DNA from: the human T2T-CHM13v2.0 reference genome, Homo sapiens
Reading direction: 5' to 3' (one strand)
Length of the DNA stretch: 64,000 nucleotides
NCBI RefSeq assembly: GCF_009914755.1
Contig: NC_060936.1
A program made the translations under genes and the position numbers. Below are positions 38,301 to 52,630 of the stretch, piece after piece. The stretch's first letter is position 1. Each line of letters starts with the position of its first letter. A model generated the notes under the pieces. It was not told the DNA's origin, ran no database searches, and was given only the letters and a program-made list of their open reading frames with translations.

Positions 38301-41300
38301 TATGAGTTGAATACACACAGCACAAAGAAGTTACTGAGACTTCTCCTATCAAACATTATATGAAGAAATCCCGTTTCCAACGAAGGCCTCAAAGAGGTCC
38401 AAATATCTGCTTGCAGACTTTACAGACAGAGTGTTTCCAAACTGCTCCATCAAAAGAAAGGTGAAACTCCTTGAGTTGAACACACACATCACAAAGTAGT
38501 TTCTGTGAATGATTCTGTCTAGTTTTTATACGAAGATGTTTCCTTTTCTACCTTTGGTCTCAAAGCGATTGAAATCTCCACATGGAAACTCCACAAAAAG
38601 AGTGTTTCAAATCTGCTCTTTCTGAAGGAAGGTTCAACTCTGTGAGTTGAATACACACACCACAAATAAGTTACTGAGAATTCTTCTGTGTAACATTATA
38701 TGAGGAAATCCCGTTTCCAACGAAGGCCTCAAAGAGGTCCAAATATCCACTTGCAGACTTTACAAAGACAGTGTCTCCAAACTCCTCCATCAAAAGAAAG
38801 GTTATACTCTGTGAATTGAATGCACACATCACAAAGTAGTTTCTGAGAATGATTCTGTCTAGTTTTTATACGAAGATATTTCCTTTTCTACATTTGGCCT
38901 AAAAGCGCTTGAAATCTCCACCTGCAAATATCACAAAAAGAGGGTTTCACATCTGCTCTGTCTAAAGGACAGTTCACCTCTGTGAGTTGAATAGAGGCAA
39001 CACAAAGAACTTACTCAGTATTCTTCTTTCTAGCATTCTATGAAGAAATCCCGTTTCCAACGAAGGCCCCAAAGAGGTCCAAATATCTGCTTGCAGACTT
39101 TACAGACAGAGTTTTTCCAAACTGCTCCATCAAAAGAAAGGTTAAACTCCTTGAGTTGAACACACACATCACAAAGTAGTTTCTGTGAATGATTCTGTCT
39201 AGTTTTTATAAGAAGATGTTTCCTTTTCTACCTTTGGTCTCAAAGCGATTGAAATCTCCACATGGAAACTCCTCAAAAAGAGTGTTTCAAATCTGCTCTT
39301 TCTGAAGGAAGGTTCAACTCTGTGAGTTGAATACACACACCACAAATAAGTTACTGAGAATTCTTCTGTGTAACATTATATGAGGAAATCCCGTTTCCAA
39401 CGAAGGCCTCAAAGAGGTCCAAATATCCACTTGCGGACATTACAAACAGTGTGTTTCCCAACTGCTCCATCAAAAGAAAGGTTAAACTCTGTGAGCTGAA
39501 CACACACATCAAAAAGAAGTTTCTGTGAATGATTCTGTCTAGATTTTATAAGAAGATGTTTCCTTTTCTACCGTAGGCCTCAAAGCGCTTGAAATCTCCA
39601 GCTGCAAATTCCACAAAAAGGGTGTTTAACATCTGCTCTTCTAAAGGAAAGTTCAACTCTATGAGTTGAATACACACAGCACAAAGAAGTTACTGAGACT
39701 TCTCCTATCAAACATTATATGAAGAAATCCCGTTTCCAACGAAGGCCTCAAAGAGGTCCAAATGTCTGCTTGCAGACTTTACAGACAGAGTGTTTCCAAA
39801 CTGCTCCATCAAAAGAAAGGTTAAACTCCTTGAGTTGAACACACACATCACAAAGTAGTTTCTGTGAATGATTCTGTCTAGTTTTTATACGAAGATGTTT
39901 CCTTTTCTACCTTTGGTCTCAAAGCGATTGAAATCTCCACATGGAAACTCCACAAAAAGAGTGTTTCAAATCTGCTCTTTCTGAAGGAAGGTTCAACTCT
40001 GTGAGTTGAATACACACACCACAAATAAGTTACTGAGAATTCTTCTGTGTAACATTATATGAGGAAATCCCGTTTCCAACGAAGGCCTCAAAGAGGTCCA
40101 AATATCCACTTGCAGACTTTACAAAGACAGTGTCTCCAAACTCCTCCATCAAAAGAAAGGTTATACTCTGTGAATTGAACGCACACATCACAAAGTAGTT
40201 TCTGAGAATGATTCTGTCTAGTTTTTATACGAAGATATTTCCTTTTCTACATTTGGCCTAAAAGCGCTTGAAATCTCCACCTGCAAATATCACAAAAAGA
40301 GGGTTTCACATCTGCTCTGTCTAAAGGACAGTTCACCTCTGTGAGTTGAATAGAGGCAACACAAAGAACTTACTCAGTATTCTTCTTTCTAGCATTCTAT
40401 GAAGAAATCCCGTTTCCAACGAAGGCCTCAAAGAGGTCAAATATCTGCTTGCAGACTTTACAGACAGAGTGTTTCCAAACTACTCTATGAAAAGAAAGCT
40501 TAAACTCCTTGAGTTGAACGCACACATCACAAAGTAGTTTCTGAGAATGATTCTGTCTAGTTTTTATACGAAGATGTTTCCTTTTCTACATTTGGTCTCA
40601 AAGCTCTTGAAATCTCCAACTGGAAACTGCACAAATAGGCTGTTTCAAATCTGCTCTGTCTAAAGGAAGGTTCAACTCTGTGAGTTGAATACACACACCA
40701 CAAATAAGTTACTGAGAATTCTTCTGTCGAACATTACTTGAAGAAATCCCGTTTCCAACGAAGGCCTCAAAGAGGTCCAAATATCCACTTGCAGACGTTA
40801 CAAACAGAGTGTTTCCAAACTGCTCCATCAAAAGAAAGGTTAAACTCTGTGAGCTGAACACACACATCAAAAAGAAGTTTCTGTGAATGATTCTGTCTAG
40901 ATTTTATAAGAAGATGTTTCCTTTTCTACCGTAGGCCTCAAAGCGCTTGAAATCTCCAGCTGCAAATTCCACAAAAAGGGTGTTTAACATCTGCTCTTCT
41001 AAAGGAAAGTTCAACTCTATGAGTTGAATACACACAGCACAAAGAAGTTACTGAGACTTCTCCTATCAAACATTATATGAAGAAATCCCGTTTCCAACGA
41101 AGGCCTCAAAGAGGTCCAAATATCTGCTTGCAGACTTTACAGACAGAGTGTTTCCAAACTGCTCCATCAAAAGAAAGGTTAAACTCCTTGAGTTGAACAC
41201 ACACATCACAAAGTAGTTTCTGTGAATGATTCTGTCTAGTTTTTATACGAAGATGTTTCCTTTTCTACCTTTGGTCTCAAAGCGATTGAAATCTCCACAT

Positions 41301-44300
41301 GGAAACTCCACAAAAAGAGTGTTTCAAATCTGCTCTTTCTGAAGGAAGGTTCAACTCTGTGAGTTGAATACACACACCACAAATAAGTTACTGAGAATTC
41401 TTCTGTGTAACATTATATGAGGAAATCCCGTTTCCAACGAAGGCCTCAAAGAGGTCCAAATATCCACTTGCAGACTTTACAAAGACAGTGTCTCCAAACT
41501 CCTCCATCAAAAGAAAGGTTATACTCTGTGAATTGAACGCATACATCACAAAGTAGTTTCTGAGAATGATTCTGTCTAGTTTTTATACGAAGATATTTCC
41601 TTTTCTACATTTGGCCTAAAAGCGCTTGAAATCTCCACCTGCAAATATCACAAAAAGAGGGTTTCACATCTGCTCTGTCTAAAGGACAGTTCACCTCTGT
41701 GAGTTGAATAGAGGCAACACAAAGAACTTACTCAGTATTCTTCTTTCTAGCATTCTATGAAGAAATCCCGTTTCCAACGAAGGCCTCAAAGAGGTCCAAA
41801 TATCTGCTTGCAGACTTTACAGACAGAGTTTTTCCAAACTGCTCCATCAAAAGAAAGGTTAAACTCCTTGAGTTGAACACACACATCACAAAGTAGTTTC
41901 TGTGAATGATTCTGTCTAGTTTTTATACGAAGATGTTTCCTTTTCTACCTTTGGTCTCAAAGCGATTGAAATCTCCACATGGAAACTCCACAAAAAGAGT
42001 GTTTCAAATCTGCTCTTTCTGAAGGAAGGTTCAACTCTGTGAGTTGAATACACACACCACAAATAAGTTACTGAGAATTCTTCTGTGTAACATTATATGA
42101 GGAAATCCCGTTTCCAACGAAGGCCTCAAAGAGGTCCAAATATCCACTTGCAGACTTTACAAAGACAGTGTCTCCAAACTCCTCCATCAAAAGAAAGGTT
42201 ATACTCTGTGAATTGAACGCACACATCACAAAGTAGTTTCTGAGAATGATTCTGTCTAGTTTTTATACGAAGATATTTCCTTTTCTACATTTGGCCTAAA
42301 AGCGCTTGAAATCTCCACCTGCAAATATCACAAAAAGAGGGTTTCACATCTGCTCTGTCTAAAGGACAGTTCACCTCTGTGAGTTGAATAGAGGCAACAC
42401 AAAGAACTTACTCAGTATTTTTCTTTCTAGCATTCTATGAAGAAATCCCGTTTCCAACGAAGGCCCCAAAGAGGTCCAAATATCTGCTTGCAGACTTTAC
42501 AGACAGAGTTTTTCCAAACTGCTCCATCAAAAGAAAGGTTAAACTCCTTGAGTTGAACACACACATCACAAAGTAGTTTCTGTGAATGATTCTGTCTAGT
42601 TTTTATAAGAAGATGTTTCCTTTTCTACCTTTGGTCTCAAAGCGATTGAAATCTCCACATGGAAACTCCTCAAAAAGAGTGTTTCAAATCTGCTCTTTCT
42701 GAAGGAAGGTTCAACTCTGTGAGTTGAATACACAAACCACAAATAAGTTACTGAGAATTCTTCTGTGTAACATTATATGAGGAAATCCCGTTTCCAACGA
42801 AGGCCTCAAAGAGGTCCAAATATCCACTTGCGGACATTACAAACAGTGTGTTTCCCAACTGCTCCATCAAAAGAAAGGTTAAACTCTGTGAGCTGAACAC
42901 ACACATCAAAAAGAAGTTTCTGTGAATGATTCTGTCTAGATTTTATAAGAAGATGTTTCCTTTTCTACCGTAGGCCTCAAAGCGCTTGAAATCTCCAGCT
43001 GCAAATTCCACAAAAAGGGTGTTTAACATCTGCTCTTCTAAAGGAAAGTTCAACTCTATGAGTTGAATACACACAGCACAAAGAAGTTACTGAGACTTCT
43101 CCTATCAAACATTATATGAAGAAATCCCGTTTCCAACGAAGGCCTCAAAGAGGTCCAAATGTCTGCTTGCAGACTTTACAGACAGAGTGTTTCCAAACTG
43201 CTCCATCAAAAGAAAGGTTAAACTCCTTGAGTTGAACACACACATCACAAAGTAGTTTCTGTGAATGATTCTGTCTAGTTTTTATACGAAGATGTTTCCT
43301 TTTCTACCTTTGGTCTCAAAGCGATTGAAATCTCCACATGGAAACTCCACAAAAAGAGTGTTTCAAATCTGCTCTTTCTGAAGGAAGGTTCAACTCTGTG
43401 AGTTGAATACACACACCACAAATAAGTTACTGAGAATTCTTCTGTGTAACATTATATGAGGAAATCCCGTTTCCAACGAAGGCCTCAAAGAGGTCCAAAT
43501 ATCCACTTGCAGACTTTACAAAGACAGTGTCTCCAAACTCCTCCATCAAAAGAAAGGTTATACTCTGTGAATTGAACGCACACATCACAAAGTAGTTTCT
43601 GAGAATGATTCTGTCTAGTTTTTATACGAAGATATTTCCTTTTCTACATTTGGCCTAAAAGCGCTTGAAATCTCCACCTGCAAATATCACAAAAAGAGGG
43701 TTTCACATCTGCTCTGTCTAAAGGACAGTTCACCTCTGTGAGTTGAATAGAGGCAACACAAAGAACTTACTCAGTATTCTTCTTTCTAGCGTTCTATGAA
43801 GAAATCCCGTTTCCAACGAAGGCCTCAAAGAGGTCAAATATCTGCTTGCAGACTTTACAGACAGAGTGTTTCCAAACTACTCTATGAAAAGAAAGCTTAA
43901 ACTCCTTGAGTTGAACGCACACATCACAAAGTAGTTTCTGAGAATGATTCTGTCTAGTTTTTATACGAAGATGTTTCCTTTTCTACATTTGGTCTCAAAG
44001 CTCTTGAAATCTCCAACTGGAAACTGCACAAATAGGCTGTTTCAAATCTGCTCTGTCTAAAGGAAGGTTCAGCTCTGTGAGTTGAATACACACACCACAA
44101 ATAAGTTACTGAGAATTCTTCTGTCGAACATTACTTGAAGAAATCCCGTTTCCAACGAAGGCCTCAAAGAGGTCCAAATATCCACTTGCAGACGTTACAA
44201 ACAGAGTGTTTCCAAACTGCTCCATCAAAAGAAAGGTTAAACTCTGTGAGCTGAACACACACATCAAAAAGAAGTTTCTGTGAATGATTCTGTCTAGATT

Positions 44301-44700
44301 TTATAAGAAGATGTTTCCTTTTCTACCGTAGGCCTCAAAGCGCTTGAAATCTCCAGCTGCAAATTCCACAAAAAGGGTGTTTAACATCTGCTCTTCTAAA
44401 GGAAAGTTCAACTCTATGAGTTGAATACACACAGCACAAAGAAGTTACTGAGACTTCTCCTATCAAACATTATATGAAGAAATCCCGTTTCCAACGAAGG
44501 CCTCAAAGAGGTCCAAATATCTGCTTGCAGACTTTACAGACAGAGTGTTTCCAAACTGCTCCATCAAAAGAAAGGTGAAACTCCTTGAGTTGAACACACA
44601 CATCACAAAGTAGTTTCTGTGAATGATTCTGTCTAGTTTTTATACGAAGATGTTTCCTTTTCTACCTTTGGTCTCAAAGCGATTGAAATCTCCACATGGA
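32400..44700. repeat. Tandem duplication with 6114-bp period (36 monomers)
   Basis: Same dimer order A D' C D A B C D A D A D' C D A B C D from 32597 and from 38711. Markers gaatgcac, gaacgcatac (A at 35314/41428), gtatttttct (A at 35994/42108), acacaaacc and ggtgaaac recur 6114 bp apart. Boundaries are approximate. Confidence 0.92.
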
Positions 44701-47700
44701 AACTCCACAAAAAGAGTGTTTCAAATCTGCTCTTTCTGAAGGAAGGTTCAACTCTGTGAGTTGAATACGCACACCACAAATAAGTTACTGAGAATTCTTC
44801 TGTGTAACATTATATGAGGAAATCCCGTTTCCAACGAAGGCCTCAAAGAGGTCCAAATATCCACTTGCAGACTTTACAAAGACAGTGTCTCCAAACTCCT
44901 CCATCAAAAGAAAGGTTATACTCTGTGAATTGAACGCACACATCACAAAGTAGTTTCTGAGAATGATTCTGTCTAGTTTTTATACGAAGATATTTCCTTT
45001 TCTACATTTGGCCTAAAAGCGCTTGAAATCTCCACCTGCAAATATCACAAAAAGAGGGTTTCACATCTGCTCTGTCTAAAGGACAGTTCACCTCTGTGAG
45101 TTGAATAGAGGCAACACAAAGAACTTACTCAGTATTCTTCTTTCTAGCGTTCTATGAAGAAATCCCGTTTCCAACGAAGGCCTCAAAGAGGTCAAATATC
45201 TGCTTGCAGACTTTACAGACAGAGTGTTTCCAAACTACTCTATGAAAAGAAAGCTTAAACTCCTTGAGTTGAACGCACACATCACAAAGTAGTTTCTGAG
45301 AATGATTCTGTCTAGTTTTTATACGAAGATGTTTCCTTTTCTACATTTGGTCTCAAAGCGATTGAAATCTCCAACTGGAAACTGCACAAATAGGCTGTTT
45401 CAAATCTGCTCTGTCTAAAGGAAGGTTCAGCTCTGTGAGTTGAATACACACACCACAAATAAGTTACTGAGAATTCTTCTGTCGAACATTACAGGAAGAA
45501 ATCCCGTTTCCAACGAAGGCCTCAAAGAGCTCCAAATATCCACTTGCAGACATTACAAACAGTGTGTTTCCCAACTGCTCCATCAAAAGAAAGGTTAAAC
45601 TCTGTGAGCTGAACACACACATCAAAAACAAGTTTCTGTGAATGATTCTGTCTAGATTTTATAAGAAGATGTTTCCTTTTCTACCGTAGGCCTCAAAGCG
45701 CTTGAAATCTCCAGCTGCAAATTCCACAAAAAGGGTGTTTAACATCTGCTCTTCTAAAGGAAAGTTCAACTCTATGAGTTGAATACACACAGCACAAAGA
45801 AGTTACTGAGACTTCTCCTATCAAACATTATATGAAGAAATCCCGTTTCCAACGAAGGCCTCAAAGAGGTCCAAATATCTGCTTGCAGACTTTACAGACA
45901 GAGTGTTTCCAAACTGCTCCATCAAAAGAAAGGTTAAACTCCTTGAGTTGAACACACACATCACAAAGTAGTTTCTGTGAATGATTCTGTCTAGTTTTTA
46001 TACGAAGATGTTTCCTTTTCTACCTTTGGTCTCAAAGCGATTGAAATCTCCACATGGAAACTCCACAAAAAGAGTGTTTCAAATCTGCTCTTTCTGAAGG
46101 AAGGTTCAACTCTGTGAGTTGAATACACACACCACAAATAAGTTACTGAGAATTCTTCTGTGTAACATTATATGAGGAAATCCCGTTTCCAACGAAGGCC
46201 TCAAAGAGGTCCAAATATCCACTTGCAGACTTTACAAAGACAGTGTCTCCAAACTCCTCCATCAAAAGAAAGGTTATACTCTGTGAATTGAACGCACACA
46301 TCACAAAGTAGTTTCTGAGAATGATTCTGTCTAGTTTTTATACGAAGATATTTCCTTTTCTACATTTGGCCTAAAAGCGCTTGAAATCTCCACCTGCAAA
46401 TATCACAAAAAGAGGGTTTCACATCTGCTCTGTCTAAAGGACAGTTCACCTCTGTGAGTTGAATAGAGGCAACACAAGGAACTTACTCAGTATTCTTCTT
46501 TCTAGCATTCTATGAAGAAATCCCGTTTCCAACGAAGGCCCCAAAGAGATCCAAATATCTGCTTGCAGACTTTACAGACAGAGTTTTTCCAAACTGCTCC
46601 ATCAAAAGAAAGGTTAAACTCCTTGAGTTGAACACACACATCACAAAGTAGTTTCTGTGAATGATTCTGTCTAGTTTTTATAAGAAGATGTTTCCTTTTC
46701 TACCTTTGGTCTCAAAGCGATTGAAATCTCCACATGGAAACTCCTCAAAAAGAGTGTTTCAAATCTGCTCTTTCTGAAGGAAGGTTCAACTCTGTGAGTT
46801 GAATACACACACCACAAATAAGTTACTGAGAATTCTTCTGTGTAACATTATATGAGGAAATCCCGTTTCCATCGAAGGCCTCAAAGAGGTCCAAATATCC
46901 ACTTGCAGACTTTACAAAGACAGTGTCTCCAAACTCCTCCATCAAAAGAAAGGTTATACTCTGTGAATTGAACGCACACATCACAAAGTAGTTTCTGAGA
47001 ATGATTCTGTCTAGTTTTTATACGAAGATATTTCCTTTTCTACATTTGGCCTAAAAGCGCTTGAAATCTCCACCTGCAAATATCACAAAAAGAGGGTTTC
47101 ACATCTGCTCTGTCTAAAGGACAGTTCACCTCTGTGAGTTGAATAGAGGCAACACAAAGAACTTACTCAGTATTCTTCTTTCTAGCATTCTATGAAGAAA
47201 TCCCGTTTCCAACGAAGGCCTCAAAGAGGTCAAATATCTGCTTGCAGACTTTACAGACAGAGTGTTTCCAAACTACTCGATGAAAAGAAAGCTTAAACTC
47301 CTTGAGTTGAACGCACACATCACAAAGTAGTTTCTGAGAATGATTCTGTCTAGTTTTTATACGAAGATGTTTCCTTTTCTACATTTGGTCTGAAAGCGAT
47401 TGAAATCTCCAACTGGAAACTGCACAAATAGGCTGTTTCAAATCTGCTCTGTCTAAAGGAAGGTTCAGCTCTGTGAGTTGAATACACACACCACAAATAA
47501 GTTACTGAGAATTCTTCTGTCGAACATTACAGGAAGAAATCCCGTTTCCAATGAAGGCCTCAAAGAGGTCCAAATATCCACTTGCGGACATTACAAACAG
47601 TGTGTTTCCCAACTGCTCCATCAAAAGAAAGGTTAAACTCTGTGAGCTGAACACACACATCAAAAAGAAGTTTCTGTGAATGATTCTGTCTAGATTTTAT

Positions 47701-50700
47701 AAGAAGATGTTTCCTTTTCTACCGTAGGCCTCAAAGCGCTTGAAATCTCCAGCTGCAAATTCCACAAAAAGGGTGTTTAACATCTGCTCTTCTAAAGGAA
47801 AGTTCAACTCTATGAGTTGAATACACACAGCACAAAGAAGTTACTGAGACTTCTCCTATCAAACATTATATGAAGAAATCCCGTTTCCAACGAAGGCCTC
47901 AAAGAGGTCCAAATGTCTGCTTGCAGACTTTACAGACAGAGTGTTTCCAAACTGCTCCATCAAAAGAAAGGTTAAACTCCTTGAGTTGAACACACACATC
48001 ACAAAGTAGTTTCTGTGAATGATTCTGTCTAGTTTTTATACGAAGATGTTTCCTTTTCTACCTTTGGTCTCAAAGCGATTGAAATCTCCACATGGAAACT
48101 CCACAAAAAGAGTGTTTCAAATCTGCTCTTTCTGAAGGAAGGTTCAACTCTGTGAGTTGAATACACACACCACAAATAAGTTACTGAGAATTCTTCTGTG
48201 TAACATTATATGAGGAAATCCCGTTTCCAACGAAGGCCTCAAAGAGGTCCAAATATCCACTTGCAGACTTTACAAAGACAGTGTCTCCAAACTCCTCCAT
48301 CAAAAGAAAGGTTATACTCTGTGAATTGAACGCACACATCACAAAGTAGTTTCTGAGAATGATTCTGTCTAGTTTTTATACGAAGATATTTCCTTTTCTA
48401 CATTTGGCCTAAAAGCGCTTGAAATCTCCACCTGCAAATATCACAAAAAGAGGGTTTCACATCTGCTCTGTCTAAAGGACAGTTCACCTCTGTGAGTTGA
48501 ATAGAGGCAACACAAAGAACTTACTCAGTATTCTTCTTTCTAGCGTTCTATGAAGAAATCCCGTTTCCAACGAAGGCCTCAAAGAGGTCAAATATCTGCT
48601 TGCAGACTTTACAGACAGAGTGTTTCCAAACTACTCTATGAAAAGAAAGCTTAAACTCCTTGAGTTGAACGCACACATCACAAAGTAGTTTCTGAGAATG
48701 ATTCTGTCTAGTTTTTATACGAAGATGTTTCCTTTTCTACATTTGGTCTCAAAGCTCTTGAAATCTCCAACTGGAAACTGCACAAATAGGCTGTTTCAAA
48801 TCTGCTCTGTCTAAAGGAAGGTTCAACTCTGTGAGTTGAATACACACACCACAAATAAGTTACTGAGAATTCTTCTGTCGAACATTACTTGAAGAAATCC
48901 CGTTTCCAACGAAGGCCTCAAAGAGGTCCAAATATCCACTTGCAGACGTTACAAACAGAGTGTTTCCAAACTGCTCCATCAAAAGAAAGGTTAAACTCTG
49001 TGAGCTGAACACACACATCAAAAAGAAGTTTCTGTGAATGATTCTGTCTAGATTTTATAAGAAGATGTTTCCTTTTCTACCGTAGGCCTCAAAGCGCTTG
49101 AAATCTCCAGCTGCAAATTCCACAAAAAGGGTGTTTAACATCTGCTCTTCTAAAGGAAAGTTCAACTCTATGAGTTGAATACACACAGCACAAAGAAGTT
49201 ACTGAGACTTCTCCTATCAAACATTATATGAAGAAATCCCGTTTCCAACGAAGGCCTCAAAGAGGTCCAAATATCTGCTTGCAGACTTTACAGACAGAGT
49301 GTTTCCAAACTGCTCCATCAAAAGAAAGGTGAAACTCCTTGAGTTGAACACACACATCACAAAGTAGTTTCTGTGAATGATTCTGTCTAGTTTTTATACG
49401 AAGATGTTTCCTTTTCTACCTTTGGTCTCAAAGCGATTGAAATCTCCACATGGAAACTCCACAAAAAGAGTGTTTCAAATCTGCTCTTTCTGAAGGAAGG
49501 TTCAACTCTGTGAGTTGAATACGCACACCACAAATAAGTTACTGAGAATTCTTCTGTGTAACATTATATGAGGAAATCCCGTTTCCAACGAAGGCCTCAA
49601 AGAGGTCCAAATATCCACTTGCAGACTTTACAAAGACAGTGTCTCCAAACTCCTCCATCAAAAGAAAGGTTATACTCTGTGAATTGAACGCACACATCAC
49701 AAAGTAGTTTCTGAGAATGATTCTGTCTAGTTTTTATACGAAGATATTTCCTTTTCTACATTTGGCCTAAAAGCGCTTGAAATCTCCACCTGCAAATATC
49801 ACAAAAAGAGGGTTTCACATCTGCTCTGTCTAAAGGACAGTTCACCTCTGTGAGTTGAATAGAGGCAACACAAAGAACTTACTCAGTATTCTTCTTTCTA
49901 GCGTTCTATGAAGAAATCCCGTTTCCAACGAAGGCCTCAAAGAGGTCAAATATCTGCTTGCAGACTTTACAGACAGAGTGTTTCCAAACTACTCTATGAA
50001 AAGAAAGCTTAAACTCCTTGAGTTGAACGCACACATCACAAAGTAGTTTCTGAGAATGATTCTGTCTAGTTTTTATACGAAGATGTTTCCTTTTCTACAT
50101 TTGGTCTCAAAGCGATTGAAATCTCCAACTGGAAACTGCACAAATAGGCTGTTTCAAATCTGCTCTGTCTAAAGGAAGGTTCAGCTCTGTGAGTTGAATA
50201 CACACACCACAAATAAGTTACTGAGAATTCTTCTGTCGAACATTACAGGAAGAAATCCCGTTTCCAACGAAGGCCTCAAAGAGCTCCAAATATCCACTTG
50301 CAGACATTACAAACAGTGTGTTTCCCAACTGCTCCATCAAAAGAAAGGTTAAACTCTGTGAGCTGAACACACACATCAAAAAGAAGTTTCTGTGAATGAT
50401 TCTGTCTAGATTTTATAAGAAGATGTTTCCTTTTCTACCGTAGGCCTCAAAGCGCTTGAAATCTCCAGCTGCAAATTCCACAAAAAGGGTGTTTAACATC
50501 TGCTCTTCTAAAGGAAAGTTCAACTCTATGAGTTGAATACACACAGCACAAAGAAGTTACTGAGACTTCTCCTATCAAACATTATATGAAGAAATCCCGT
50601 TTCCAACGAAGGCCTCAAAGAGGTCCAAATATCTGCTTGCAGACTTTACAGACAGAGTGTTTCCAAACTGCTCCATCAAAAGAAAGGTTAAACTCCTTGA

Positions 50701-52630
50701 GTTGAACACACACATCACAAAGTAGTTTCTGTGAATGATTCTGTCTAGTTTTTATACGAAGATGTTTCCTTTTCTACCTTTGGTCTCAAAGCGATTGAAA
50801 TCTCCACATGGAAACTCCACAAAAAGAGTGTTTCAAATCTGCTCTTTCTGAAGGAAGGTTCAACTCTGTGAGTTGAATACACACACCACAAATAAGTTAC
50901 TGAGAATTCTTCTGTGTAACATTATATGAGGAAATCCCGTTTCCAACGAAGGCCTCAAAGAGGTCCAAATATCCACTTGCAGACTTTACAAAGACAGTGT
51001 CTCCAAACTCCTCCATCAAAAGAAAGGTTATACTCTGTGAATTGAACGCACACATCACAAAGTAGTTTCTGAGAATGATTCTGTCTAGTTTTTATACGAA
51101 GATATTTCCTTTTCTACATTTGGCCTAAAAGCGCTTGAAATCTCCACCTGCAAATATCACAAAAAGAGGGTTTCACATCTGCTCTGTCTAAAGGACAGTT
51201 CACCTCTGTGAGTTGAATAGAGGCAACACAAGGAACTTACTCAGTATTCTTCTTTCTAGCATTCTATGAAGAAATCCCGTTTCCAACGAAGGCCCCAAAG
51301 AGATCCAAATATCTGCTTGCAGACTTTACAGACAGAGTTTTTCCAAACTGCTCCATCAAAAGAAAGGTTAAACTCCTTGAGTTGAACACACACATCACAA
51401 AGTAGTTTCTGTGAATGATTCTGTCTAGTTTTTATAAGAAGATGTTTCCTTTTCTACCTTTGGTCTCAAAGCGATTGAAATCTCCACATGGAAACTCCTC
51501 AAAAAGAGTGTTTCAAATCTGCTCTTTCTGAAGGAAGGTTCAACTCTGTGAGTTGAATACACACACCACAAATAAGTTACTGAGAATTCTTCTGTGTAAC
51601 ATTATATGAGGAAATCCCGTTTCCATCGAAGGCCTCAAAGAGGTCCAAATATCCACTTGCAGACTTTACAAAGACAGTGTCTCCAAACTCCTCCATCAAA
51701 AGAAAGGTTATACTCTGTGAATTGAACGCACACATCACAAAGTAGTTTCTGAGAATGATTCTGTCTAGTTTTTATACGAAGATATTTCCTTTTCTACATT
51801 TGGCCTAAAAGCGCTTGAAATCTCCACCTGCAAATATCACAAAAAGAGGGTTTCACATCTGCTCTGTCTAAAGGACAGTTCACCTCTGTGAGTTGAATAG
51901 AGGCAACACAAAGAACTTACTCAGTATTCTTCTTTCTAGCATTCTATGAAGAAATCCCGTTTCCAACGAAGGCCTCAAAGAGGTCAAATATCTGCTTGCA
52001 GACTTTACAGACAGAGTGTTTCCAAACTACTCGATGAAAAGAAAGCTTAAACTCCTTGAGTTGAACGCACACATCACAAAGTAGTTTCTGAGAATGATTC
52101 TGTCTAGTTTTTATACGAAGATGTTTCCTTTTCTACATTTGGTCTGAAAGCGATTGAAATCTCCAACTGGAAACTGCACAAATAGGCTGTTTCAAATCTG
52201 CTCTGTCTAAAGGAAGGTTCAGCTCTGTGAGTTGAATACACACACCACAAATAAGTTACTGAGAATTCTTCTGTCGAACATTACAGGAAGAAATCCCGTT
52301 TCCAATGAAGGCCTCAAAGAGGTCCAAATATCCACTTGCGGACATTACAAACAGTGTGTTTCCCAACTGCTCCATCAAAAGAAAGGTTAAACTCTGTGAG
52401 CTGAACACACACATCAAAAAGAAGTTTCTGTGAATGATTCTGTCTAGATTTTATAAGAAGATGTTTCCTTTTCTACCGTAGGCCTCAAAGCGCTTGAAAT
52501 CTCCAGCTGCAAATTCCACAAAAAGGGTGTTTAACATCTGCTCTTCTAAAGGAAAGTTCAACTCTATGAGTTCAATACACACAGCACAAAGAAGTTACTG
52601 AGACTTCTCCTATCAAACATTATATGAAGA
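43127..52630. repeat. Tandem duplication with 4754-bp period (28 monomers)
   Basis: D with ggtgaa/acgcac at 44485/49239, C with gagctcc at 45504/50258, A-D' at 46183/50937, B with tcgatg at 47203/51957 and C with ccaatgaag at 47542/52296. Boundaries are approximate. Confidence 0.9.
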
